DNA of 64,000 bases from an uncultured Gemmataceae bacterium (GTDB lineage Bacteria; Planctomycetota; Planctomycetia; Gemmatales; Gemmataceae): the NCBI GenBank assembly GCA_963750165.1, contig CAVVPN010000003.1, positions 448,001 through 512,000 of the forward strand, read 5' to 3'. Positions 54,230 through 63,483 of the stretch are shown here, in pieces. A program made the position numbers and the translations under genes. The notes beneath the pieces are model-generated. The model did not search any database. It saw only the letters and a list, made by a program, of their open reading frames with translations, and was not told the origin of the DNA. Each line of letters opens with the position of its first letter. Position 1 is the first letter of the stretch.

Positions 54230-55153
54230 ATGCGTATCTTCCTGATGGGCGGCACCGGTCTGGTCGGCACGCGACTGATTCGCCGGCTGCTCGACCGCAA
54301 CGATCAGATCGTGCTGCTGACGCGGCGGCCGGAAGTGGCCCAGCAGAAGTGGGAGAACAAGTGTACCGTCGTGGCCGGCGACCCCGTGCAGCCCGGCGCC
54401 TGGCAGGACGCGGTCGCGGACTGCGACGCGGTGGTCAATCTGGTCGGCGAGGGCATCTTCAACCGTCGCTGGTCGGCCGCGTTCAAGGCGCAGCTGCGCG
54501 ACAGCCGTGTCAAGAGCACGGAACACGCGGCCCAGGCGCTGGTGCGGTCGCCGCGCACAGCGGACGGCCGGCCCCGGGTGCTGGTCAACGCCTCGGCCAT
54601 CGGCTACTACGGCCCACACGGCGACGAGGAATTGACGGAAGTGGCGCCGCCCGGTAGCGACTTCCTGGCGCAACTGTGCGTTGCCTGGGAGCAGGCGGCG
54701 CAGGCGGTGGAGGCGGCGGGCGTGCGGCTGGTGATCGTCCGCGTCGGCGTGGTGCTGGATTGCGCGGGCGGCGCACTGAAGCAGCTGCTGACGCCGTTCA
54801 AGCTGTTCGTGGGCGGCCCGGCCGGCTCGGGCAAACAGTGGATGAGCTGGATTCACCACGAGGATTTGATCGGCCTGTTCCTGCTGGGGCTGGACAATGC
54901 CGCGGCGTCCGGGCCGCTGAACGGCACGGCGCCGCGGCCGGAAACCAACAGGGCGTTCTCGAAGGCGCTGGGCCGCGCCCTGGGGCGGCCGAGTTTTCTG
55001 CCGACGCCGGGATTCGTGCTGCGCGTGCTGCTCGGCGAGGTGGCGAACGTGGTCACGAAGGGCCAGCGGGTGTTGCCGCAGAAGGCGCTGGCGCTGGGCT
55101 ACCCGTTCAAGTTCCCGGAGATCGACGTGGCACTGCAGGACGTGCTGGCGTGA
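54230..55153 (+). CDS. TIGR01777/YfcH family NAD-dependent epimerase
   Basis: 'GGTGLVG', 'ASAIGYYG', 'GSGKQWMSWIH', 'GQRVLP'. Confidence 0.9.
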   Translation: MRIFLMGGTGLVGTRLIRRLLDRNDQIVLLTRRPEVAQQKWENKCTVVAGDPVQPGAWQDAVADCDAVVNLVGEGIFNRRWSAAFKAQLRDSRVKSTEHAAQALVRSPRTADGRPRVLVNASAIGYYGPHGDEELTEVAPPGSDFLAQLCVAWEQAAQAVEAAGVRLVIVRVGVVLDCAGGALKQLLTPFKLFVGGPAGSGKQWMSWIHHEDLIGLFLLGLDNAAASGPLNGTAPRPETNRAFSKALGRALGRPSFLPTPGFVLRVLLGEVANVVTKGQRVLPQKALALGYPFKFPEIDVALQDVLA

Positions 55154-55160
55154 GGACGGC

Positions 55161-55850
55161 TCACATGCCGAGTTGGCGGGCCAGGCTGACGCAGTATTCC
55201 ACCGCGCCGCCGACGCCCTCGGTCAGCGCCTCCAGCCGGCCCACATCGCGCGCGACCCAGCCGAGCAGGGGCTGCGCGGGCTGGTCCTGGTCCGCCCGCC
55301 GGGCGGCGTGCAGCGCGAAGTAGAACGCGGACAGCGCCAGCTGCCCGGCGACGTACGGCTGCTCGCCATGGTTGATCGGCAGGGCCTGGTACAGGGCGGA
55401 ACTCACGGTGTCGATGGTCGCCGCCGACAGGCGCCGGCCATGGGCACAATCCTCGAGCAGGGGCCACACCGGGCCGGTCAGTCGCCGATGGGACGCCGAC
55501 CCAGCCTCGGCATAGCTCAGACACCACTGGGCGACGCTGAACAGTTCGGCCTGGCTCAACCGGGGCGCCCGCGGCCGCGGCGGCACTTCGCTGAAGACCG
55601 AGACGGCGATGGTGCGACGGTGGTCCACGTCCGTGAGCACCTGGCACGCCCCTTCCAGCGCCAGGCACAGCAGGTGCGGATAACCGAGGGCGCGGGTGGC
55701 GTCGCGGCGCCGGGTCAGGCCGGCGTTGCGCAGTGCTGTGACGGCCAGGTCGAACGGGCCGGCGTTCACGTCGCGGCCGCCGATCTTCTCGGCGACCATG
55801 AGCTGATCCAGAATGGTTTCCAGCGATTCGTCCACGGCCGCGGCCCTCAC
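55161..55850 (-). CDS. Hypothetical protein
   Basis: 229-aa ORF with host-like codon usage; GTGA overlap with the upstream PIN fragment. Confidence 0.6.
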   Translation of the reverse strand: MRAAAVDESLETILDQLMVAEKIGGRDVNAGPFDLAVTALRNAGLTRRRDATRALGYPHLLCLALEGACQVLTDVDHRRTIAVSVFSEVPPRPRAPRLSQAELFSVAQWCLSYAEAGSASHRRLTGPVWPLLEDCAHGRRLSAATIDTVSSALYQALPINHGEQPYVAGQLALSAFYFALHAARRADQDQPAQPLLGWVARDVGRLEALTEGVGGAVEYCVSLARQLGM

Positions 55851-56040
55851 GAGCCCGTCGCCCCGGCGCTTGCCGGCGGCTGCCAGCTGCCCAGCCAGAC
55901 GACGGCCGGGGGCAGGGTCGTTAGCTTGTCCACCAACCTTTGGTCCGCGGTGATCAATTCCACTTGCTCGCGCTGAGCCAGGGCCACGTAGCAGGCGTCG
56001 TAAGCGCTGATGTTATGGGTCAACGCCAGGGCCAGAGCCC
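55847..56040 (-). pseudogene. VapC/PIN-domain toxin, C-terminal half only
   Basis: 'ALALALTHNISAYDACYVALAQREQVELITADQRL'; the 5' part is replaced by a palindromic element. Confidence 0.75.
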
Positions 56041-56190
56041 GTTGTGGCCCGGTCTCCCCCGTTGTGGCCCGGTCTCCTGACCGGGCCACGGCTTTGACCG
56101 AAGGTCTCCTCTACGGAGTCACAAGCATTTGGGGAGACCTTCGGTCGGGCCGAGTGGCCTGGTCCGGAGACCAAGCCACAACAGGGCTCT
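56034..56190. repeat. Composite REP-like palindromic element with a 20-bp tandem duplication
   Basis: Ends AGAGCCCGTTGTGG / CCACAACAGGGCTCT; inner GACCGAAGGTCTCC / GGAGACCTTCGGTC; CCCGTTGTGGCCCGGTCTCC x2. Confidence 0.8.
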
Positions 56191-56205
56191 TACAATCCGC
56201 AATCG

Positions 56206-57378
56206 TTAAATGCCGCCGCCACCGCTGAACTCCATCTCCACGTCGAGCGGTAGCCGGCTGTTCTGCTCGGCAAAGGCGTTCATGTCGTAGAACAGCAGGT
56301 CCACGTCGCTGCGCTGGTCGTGGACGCGGCGCGTCGCCGCCACATGCACCGGCCGCGGCCGGGCGTGGTGGATCAGATAGCCGCCGTTGCCCGCCGCATG
56401 TTCCAGTGGCTGCACCCGGCCCGATTCCGCGGTCGCTCGCGCCAGCAGCGTGTAGTCGCCCGGCGCCGCCACCTCCCACAAGTACTCCCACATCGTCCAC
56501 GAGTACGGCGCCTGCTGGCCGATCAGGTCCGCGCGCCGCCAGCTGCGGCCGTCGTCCCAGCTCAGTTCCACACGGCCCACCGCCTCCGGCCCCGCCCAGG
56601 CGACGCCGAAGATGCGGTTGCTGCCCAGGCCCAGCACCTCGCCCTCGCGCGGCCGCAATAGCTCCGACTTCACCTCCATCGGCCCGACCACCACCGTTTC
56701 GGGGCCGTGCGGGCCAGGCCGCTCCACCGTGTACTTGACCGACTGGAAGTAACCCTGGAACGGCTGGTCGAGCACGACGAGACGCTTCAGCCACTTCACC
56801 GACGCGACGCCGTACCAGCCCGGCACCAGCAGCCGCACCGGGTAACCGTGGTCCGCGTCGAGCAGTTCGCCGTTCATGCGCGTCGCCAGGATCGTGTCCG
56901 GGTCGAGCGCCTTGCCCAGCGGCAGGCTGCGCGCGAAGGCCATCGGCTCCGGATGGTCCGGCTCGGTGCCCACGTCGTAGCCCTCGAACAGCACCTCCAC
57001 GGCGCTGGCCTGCAGGCCGGCGCGCTGTAGCAGGATGCCGACCGGCACGCCGGTCCACTCCGCGTGGCCGACGGCGCCCGCGCCCCACGGCACCCCCGGC
57101 TGCCGCTGCGCCAGGAACGACCGGCCGTTGCCGGCGCACTCCACGGTGCTGAACACGGAGCGCTCCGGCAGACCGCCCAGCTCCTCCCAGGTCAGCTCGA
57201 ACGGCTGCCGCACGCAGCCCTCGACGCGCAGCCGCCACGCCGCGGCGGTCACGTCCGGCACCGGGAAGTGGTTGCGGACGAAAAAGAGGCGGTTTGGCGT
57301 CACCCAGCCGCGGACGCTCTCCAGCGGCGTCTCGCTGTTCTCCGGCTGGGCGGTCACGATCTTGCGCTGCTCGGCCAT
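56206..57378 (-). CDS. Sulfite oxidase family molybdopterin oxidoreductase
   Basis: 'FFVRNH', Moco Cys 'ECAGNGR', 'HGYPVRLLVPGWYGVASVKW', dimerisation domain. Confidence 0.92.
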   Translation of the reverse strand: MAEQRKIVTAQPENSETPLESVRGWVTPNRLFFVRNHFPVPDVTAAAWRLRVEGCVRQPFELTWEELGGLPERSVFSTVECAGNGRSFLAQRQPGVPWGAGAVGHAEWTGVPVGILLQRAGLQASAVEVLFEGYDVGTEPDHPEPMAFARSLPLGKALDPDTILATRMNGELLDADHGYPVRLLVPGWYGVASVKWLKRLVVLDQPFQGYFQSVKYTVERPGPHGPETVVVGPMEVKSELLRPREGEVLGLGSNRIFGVAWAGPEAVGRVELSWDDGRSWRRADLIGQQAPYSWTMWEYLWEVAAPGDYTLLARATAESGRVQPLEHAAGNGGYLIHHARPRPVHVAATRRVHDQRSDVDLLFYDMNAFAEQNSRLPLDVEMEFSGGGGI

Positions 57379-57388
57379 GAACGGCTCC

Positions 57389-57922
57389 TTATATTCCTGC
57401 GGCGTCGCAGAACTCCTCGATCATCAACTCCTCGCCGCGGCCGCGCTCCGTCAGCGAGTAGGTGCCCATGACCAGCAGCGGCGGCGAATAGATGTGCAAC
57501 GTCACCAGATCAGCGTCGCCGGCCTGCAGGTTGGAGACCTGGTGCAGGTCGGTGTCCTCGCTGCCGACCACGCCGCCCGGGGCCAGGTCGCGCGAGCCGA
57601 TCGCCTTGACGTGGCCGTTCGGTGCGAACTCGAACAGCGTCTCCGTCATGGTGCCGCGCAGCACACGCACGCCGCAACTGGAGCCGCGGTGGTCGTGGAT
57701 CGGCGACCGCTGACCGTTACGCCAGCACAGCACCCACAGGTTGTACCAGTCGCTGCCGCGGACCAGGTTGCGGCGATAGGACCGCTCCGAGAAGCGCACG
57801 AAAGGGGCCACCTCGCCGCTTTCCAGCCGCAGCGGCCCGAGTTCGGCCAGCAACTCCGGCAGCGGCGCGCGCCCCCGCAGCGCGTCGAGGTAGTCGAACA
57901 ACTCATTGAGTGTACGGGCCAT
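57389..57922 (-). CDS. Cysteine dioxygenase type I
   Basis: 'YRRNL', 'LCW...SPIHDHRGSSC', 'LHQVSN', 'TLHIYSPP'. Confidence 0.9.
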   Translation of the reverse strand: MARTLNELFDYLDALRGRAPLPELLAELGPLRLESGEVAPFVRFSERSYRRNLVRGSDWYNLWVLCWRNGQRSPIHDHRGSSCGVRVLRGTMTETLFEFAPNGHVKAIGSRDLAPGGVVGSEDTDLHQVSNLQAGDADLVTLHIYSPPLLVMGTYSLTERGRGEELMIEEFCDAAGI

Positions 57923-58328
57923 GATGCGGCCTCCCTCCTGCTTTTTTCCGCGACTTGCAGCGGAAAGAAAATCCGCCTCGCCCTGAGAGCGCCATTGTAT
58001 GAAGCCTCCCGGGCAAGACACAAGCCGCCTGCCATCCTGCGGCCGATCTGAGCCTGTCTCGATCCAATTTTTTCTTTTTTTCCTGTCCCCTCCCCGGCGC
58101 GGATTGCGCTTACCTGATAGACGGCCCTCGCCCTTCTGCTACGATCACCGGCCGGCCCGTCCGGATTCTCGGTCGGGGCGCTGGCCCAGGCGCCCCCGAC
58201 TTTTTCCCGCAGCCGAGCCGACCCGGCGTGCCGTCGCCCGTTCGACTTTTTGATTGCCCGATAACGGACGACCTTTTATGATTGTGAAAAGGATTAAACC
58301 TGTATTTCTCCGTCGGGTCGTCCTGCCC

Positions 58329-58899
58329 ATGTCCTCAGGATCCGTCACCCACTGGCTCGGCCAGTTGCAAGCCGGTAACCATGACGCCGCCCAGCCGCTC
58401 TGGGAGCGCTACTCCGAGCGCCTGGCGGCCCTGGCCCGCCGCCGCCTGCGCGCGCCCCCGCGGCGCCGCCGATGAGGAGGACGTGGTCCTCAGTGTCTTC
58501 GACAGTTTCTTCCGCGATGCCCGCGCCGGCGTCTTCCCGCAACTCAACGACCGCAACGACCTGTGGCGCCTGCTCGTGCTCCGCACCGCTCGCAAGGCCG
58601 TCAGCCTGGTGCGCCACGAGCGCGCCGAGAAGCGCGGCGGCGGTCGCGTCGAGAGCTGCGACGAACTGGAGCAAGTGCTCGGCGATGAGCCGTCGCCGCC
58701 CTTCGCCGCCCAGGTGGCCGAGGAGTACCGCCGTCTGCTCGCCCTGCTGCCCGACGAGGAACTCCGCCAGATCGCCGTCTGGAAAATGGAAGGCTACACC
58801 CTGGAGCAGATCGGCTTTAACCTCGATTATGAACCGCGCACCGTCAAGCGTCGGCTCCAGCTGATCCGTTGCCTGTGGAAGCAGGAGGCACCACCGTGA
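58329..58899 (+). CDS. ECF-type sigma factor (frameshift near 58460)
   Basis: 'SVTHWLGQLQAG..DAAQPLWERY', 'DEEDVVLSVFDSF', 'WKMEGYT..I', 'RTVKRRL'. Confidence 0.85.
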
Positions 58900-60975
58900 A
58901 CGTCCTCCCCGACCTGGACTCCTGGCCACCCGAGGTGCTGCTGCACGTGGACGCGGTCTGCCTCCGCTTCGAGAAGGCCTGGCGCTGGGCCACGGCCCAA
59001 CCTGGAAACCTATCTCAGCGAGGCCGACGACACCGCTCGGCCGCTGCTGCTACAAGAACTGCTGGCCCTGGACCTGGCGTACCGCACCCGCAGTGGCCCG
59101 CCGCCGCGGCCGGAGGAGTACGTCGGCCGTTTCCCCGATCACGGGGACGTGGTGCGCTCGGCGTTCGCGGACGTCTTTCCAGACGGCCCGCTGGCCGGCG
59201 GCAGGAAGGTCGCGGGCCATGAGATCCTGGAAGAACTGGGCCGCGGCGGCATGGGGGTCGTCTACAAGGCCCGACAGCTGAAGCCGCCGCGGCGGCCGCT
59301 GGTCGCCCTCAAGATGATCCTGGCCGGCCCCCACGCCGGCCCCGCCGCCGCCGAGCGCTTCCGCCGCGAGGCCGACGCGCTGGCCCAGCTGCAGCACCCC
59401 AATGTCGTGCAAATCTACGAGGCCGGTGCCTGCGACGGCCTGCCGTACTTCACCATGGAGTACGTGACCGGCGGCACCCTGGCGGCGCGGCTGGACGGCA
59501 AGCCGCTGCTGCCGCGCGCGGCCGCCGAACTGGCCGAGACGCTGGCCCGGGCGGTCCACGCACTGCACCAGAGCAACGTGATCCACCGCGATCTGAAGCC
59601 GGCCAACATCCTGTTGACGGCGGACGGCACACCCAAGGTAGGCGACCTCGGCCTGGCCCGGCGGCTGGACAGCGCCTTCGGCGCAACGCAACTCGGCCAG
59701 GTGATCGGCACCGTGGCGTACATGGCCCCGGAGTTGGCCGACGGCCGCGGCGCCGAGGCCGGCCCGGCCACGGACATCCATGCCCTGGGCGCCATGCTCT
59801 TCGAGTTCCTGACGGGCAAGCCGCCGTTCCAGGCCGACCAGAAGTTGGCGGCGGCGCTGCAACAGTGCCTCCACCACGAGCCGGCGTTTTCACGGCAAGA
59901 CCAGCGACGCATCCCCCTGGACCTGCAACTGATCTGTCTGAAGTGCCTGGAAAAGAACCCGGCGGAGCGCTTCCGCAGCGCTGACGAGCTGGCCGACACA
60001 CTGCGACTGTTCCTGGACGACCAGCCCATCCCGCTGCGACCGCCCGGCTGTCGTGAGCGTGTCGGGCGCTGGCTGCGACGGCACCGGCTGGCGGCGGGCA
60101 TGGCGGGATTGCTGCTGCTGACAGTGGCGGTGACGGCGGGACTCGCGGCGCTGCTGCAACAGGACCGGCCCGCCGAGGAGCGGCCCGACCCGGCGCTGCT
60201 GGCGCGGCAGGACGCGGAGCATCGGTTGGCGGCGGGCGCGGCGGTCACGCTGGTCGGCGACCTGGGGCCGCCGGGGTACTTTGAGTGGGCCTGGGGCGAA
60301 CAGCAGGCCAAGGCTTCGACGACGCAGGCCCGGCCGTTCCAGGTCAGCGCCGTCGGGCTGGCCCTGGTCGAATTCCCCTACGCCGCCCGGCTGAAACATT
60401 ATCGGTTGCGGGCGGAGGTGCGGCACGACGGCAGCCCGGACAGGGGCACCGTGGGCATTTACTGCTGCCGCCAGAGCTACAACGGCCTGGTGCCGCTCAC
60501 GTCGCTGCTGTGCCTGCACTTCGCCGACAGCGGCCGACCGTTATTCGACAAGCAAGGCATCATCCTGCCGAAGCCGGCGCAGTTTGAGTTCCGTTACCTG
60601 GAGCCGCACCCGAACGGCACTTTCGACCTACCCGTTGGTCTGCGCGGGTCCAGGCCCTTTTTCGCGGCCCGGCCCAACTTCGGTGATCCGCCCGCGCCGT
60701 GGCGAAGGTTGACGCTGGAGGTGGGCCCGAAAACCGTGCGCGTGCTCTGGGCCCTGGAGCGCAACCGCCAGGAGCTGGTGACCGAGATGCCGCTGGCCGC
60801 CGCGCTCGCCGAGGCCCGAGTGGTCCAGGACGCAGTGAAGCAGGCCGACCCGAAAAAGTTGCTGGCCGGAGTGGAACTGGAAATCCCGTCCCAGGGGGGC
60901 CTGGGGCTGTTTGTCCAGGATGGCAGTGCGTCCTTCCGCCGGGTAGTGCTGGAGCCGCTGCCGGCGGGGCAATAA
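58896..60975 (+). CDS. Ser/Thr protein kinase with TM segment and extracytoplasmic domain (frameshifts near 58990)
   Basis: LGRGGMG, HRDLKPAN, DLGLA, GTVAYMAPE; start overlaps the ECF stop. Confidence 0.88.
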
Positions 60976-61009
60976 CGCAGCTCCGGGTTCTTCAAGTAAA
61001 GGAGAGTCC

Positions 61010-61303
61010 ATGCCGTCCATCACCCTGAACACGCCGGCGGTCACCGTCACGGAGACAGGACTGGTCATCACGGCTTCCGGCAGCACCAGCGATGTCTCGG
61101 ACCTCTCCACCGCACAGGTTGAGTGTCGGGTGGTGCTGGGCACCGAACTGGACCTGATCGCCACGGGCGTGGGAGTATCCTCCGACGGCATGGGGGGCAA
61201 CAGCTGGTCCACCGGCTTCGGCGCGGCCGAGGCGCCGTTGTTGTCCGGACTGCGCGTGACGGCGCTCCTGTTTGTGGACGGAGGCGCTGGCGGACTCGGG
61301 TGA
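61010..61303 (+). CDS. Small beta-rich hypothetical protein A
   Basis: AAAGGAG RBS; shares motifs with the next ORF. Confidence 0.65.
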   Translation: MPSITLNTPAVTVTETGLVITASGSTSDVSDLSTAQVECRVVLGTELDLIATGVGVSSDGMGGNSWSTGFGAAEAPLLSGLRVTALLFVDGGAGGLG

Positions 61304-61353
61304 CGTGGCCGTTCCTTATCCTTGAAACGCACGCCTTTGTGGAGAAACTGACG

Positions 61354-61680
61354 ATGGCATTCACGATTGACACGGTGAACGGCTCCACAAACTTCAGCAA
61401 GCCGGTGACCGGGGCCACGCTGGCGTTTACAGGAACGGTGCCGGCGTCGCTCGGCATGGCGCCCGCCCCGGCCGTCCGGGTGGAGTGCCGCGTTCTGCTG
61501 GGCGTCGGCAACAACTGGATCAAAACCAACTGCCGGATAACCTCCGGCACCACCTGGCAGGTGACGTTCCCGGTGCTCACGCCGCCGCTGGGCGTGAACC
61601 TGCGCGTCATCGCTCATCTGTTCAACGGCACGAGTCTGGTGTCCACGGTTTGCCAATCGTTCAGCTTCGCCACCTCGTGA
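61354..61680 (+). CDS. Small beta-rich hypothetical protein B (paralog of A)
   Basis: GGAG RBS; 'VECRVLLG', 'W..TF', 'LRVIAHLF'. Confidence 0.65.
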   Translation: MAFTIDTVNGSTNFSKPVTGATLAFTGTVPASLGMAPAPAVRVECRVLLGVGNNWIKTNCRITSGTTWQVTFPVLTPPLGVNLRVIAHLFNGTSLVSTVCQSFSFATS

Positions 61681-61690
61681 CGCTGGCCGG

Positions 61691-62377
61691 TCACAACCCG
61701 TACTGGCGCACCTCAACGCGGTCGGGGTGCTGCACCAGGACGGTGTGCGCCAGGCCGACGAACACGCCGGTGCCGACCACGCCGGGGATGGCGACCACTT
61801 CGCACTCCCACTCGGTCGGCTCCTCCAGGGCGCCGATGCGCACGTCGAGGATGTGGTTGCCGTTGTCGGTCACGAAGGGCTGGCCGTCGTGCAGCCGCAG
61901 ATCCGCCGCCAGGCCCAGGGCGTGCAGCCGGCGGCGCACCAGTGGCAGGCCGAACGGCACCACCTCCACCGGCACCTTGCCGTGCGCGCCGAGTTGTGGC
62001 ACCAGCTTCTCCGGCCCCACCAGCACGACAAACTTTTTGGCCGACACGGCGACGATCTTCTCGCGCACCAGGGCGCCGCCGTAGCCCTTGATGAGGTCAC
62101 CGTGCGGGTCCACCTCATCGGCACCGTCGAAGGCGGCGTCGAGCGTGTCCACGTCATCGAGGGTGGTCAGCGGGATGCCGAGTTGCCGGGCCAGGTCGGC
62201 GGACGCCTGCGAGGTGGGCACGCCGCGCATGCGCAGCCCCGCCTGGACACGGTGACCCAGGGCGTGGATGAAGCTGGTGGCAGCCCGGCCAGTGCCGAGG
62301 CCGATGACGCCGCCGTCAGCGACCCATTGCAGGGCGTGCTCGGCGGCGCTCGGCGGTGCGGGGACGTTGGTGGACAT
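61691..62377 (-). CDS. rpiA: Ribose-5-phosphate isomerase A
   Basis: 'GLGTG', 'DGADEVD', 'KGYGGALVREK', 'TDNGN'. Confidence 0.95.
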   Translation of the reverse strand: MSTNVPAPPSAAEHALQWVADGGVIGLGTGRAATSFIHALGHRVQAGLRMRGVPTSQASADLARQLGIPLTTLDDVDTLDAAFDGADEVDPHGDLIKGYGGALVREKIVAVSAKKFVVLVGPEKLVPQLGAHGKVPVEVVPFGLPLVRRRLHALGLAADLRLHDGQPFVTDNGNHILDVRIGALEEPTEWECEVVAIPGVVGTGVFVGLAHTVLVQHPDRVEVRQYGL

Positions 62378-62416
62378 GAGAATCCCCCCTGGCAGATGGA
62401 ACCCTGGGCGAATTCG

Positions 62417-63070
62417 TTATACGCTGGCGTGCGGCGGTGCGCCGGGGGTCGCGGGGACATCTGTGGCTGCGGGAGCGCTCAGGGAGGAGGCGCCGGCCGG
62501 GGTGGGCGGGCGCAGGGCCAGGGCCAGGGCAACCCACGTCCAGCCGGCCAGCAGCATGTCAATGCCAACGAACAGGCCGACCACCCACAGCGAGGACTCC
62601 GGCCACTGCCGCCAGATCAGGACGCCGAGCAGGGTAGCGATGACGCCGTTGAGCAACACCCAAAGGCGGCCCGCAAACTTCTCGGTGGCGGCGGCGATGA
62701 TGCGGAACAGGCCGCCGATCACCAGCGAAATCGCGATGAACAGCGTCAGGGTGGCCAGGGACAGGAACGGTCGGTCGATGAAGACCACGCCGACGGCCAG
62801 GTACAACAGGCCGGCGATCAGGTGCAGGAAGAAGCCGCCCCACTGACGGGCCATGAAGGCGTTCACCAACTGCAACCCGGCGCCCACCATTAATAGGACG
62901 CCCATCAGTTCCACGGTCAGGACCGAGCCCAGGATCGGACTGGCGATGAAACACAGGCCCACCACTGCCAGGAGGATGCCGATAATCAGCAACACCATCC
63001 AGTTTTGCCGCAGCTGTCCGAGTTCCAGATCTTCCGGGCTGCTGGGAAGGAAGCCGCCACCCATGACCAT
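62417..63070 (-). CDS. HdeD/DUF308 family membrane protein
   Basis: About 6 TM helices, 'WPESSLWVVGLFVGIDMLLAGW'. Confidence 0.85.
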   Translation of the reverse strand: MVMGGGFLPSSPEDLELGQLRQNWMVLLIIGILLAVVGLCFIASPILGSVLTVELMGVLLMVGAGLQLVNAFMARQWGGFFLHLIAGLLYLAVGVVFIDRPFLSLATLTLFIAISLVIGGLFRIIAAATEKFAGRLWVLLNGVIATLLGVLIWRQWPESSLWVVGLFVGIDMLLAGWTWVALALALRPPTPAGASSLSAPAATDVPATPGAPPHASV

Positions 63071-63483
63071 GATCGCCTCGCTTTCTTGGACTTGAAGCAC
63101 CGCGGCCGCGGGCCCGCGACGGAGTTGAAAGGCTCTATGCAACAGAGTAGTCAGAAGGCCGAGATTTGCCAGTGAAAAGTCTGTGATGCCTGGGAAATGG
63201 CCGTAATCAGGACTTCTACGGCATCGAATTGGCGGTTCGTGTTTGAGTGGATGGAGAGTCTGCGCGTCCCCTGGGGCAAACAGGGGTATGTGTGAGATGA
63301 GATGAAAGCCTTCCCTGGCACCATCTAATTATACCGCTGAGAGCGCTCCCGGGGAACTGCTCCTGCGGGTGCGCCGCTCGCCGAAGCGCGGCTCGGACGA
63401 CAGAGGCCCTTGACCTGGGCCGGCGAGTTCATTCAAATAAACGACAGCGTTGGCGCATCATACCCCTTAACAGGAGGCGCGGC

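Noticed and set aside
63140..63480. Intergenic region as an RNA gene
   Set aside because: No tRNA cloverleaf or known motif; consistent with divergent promoters.
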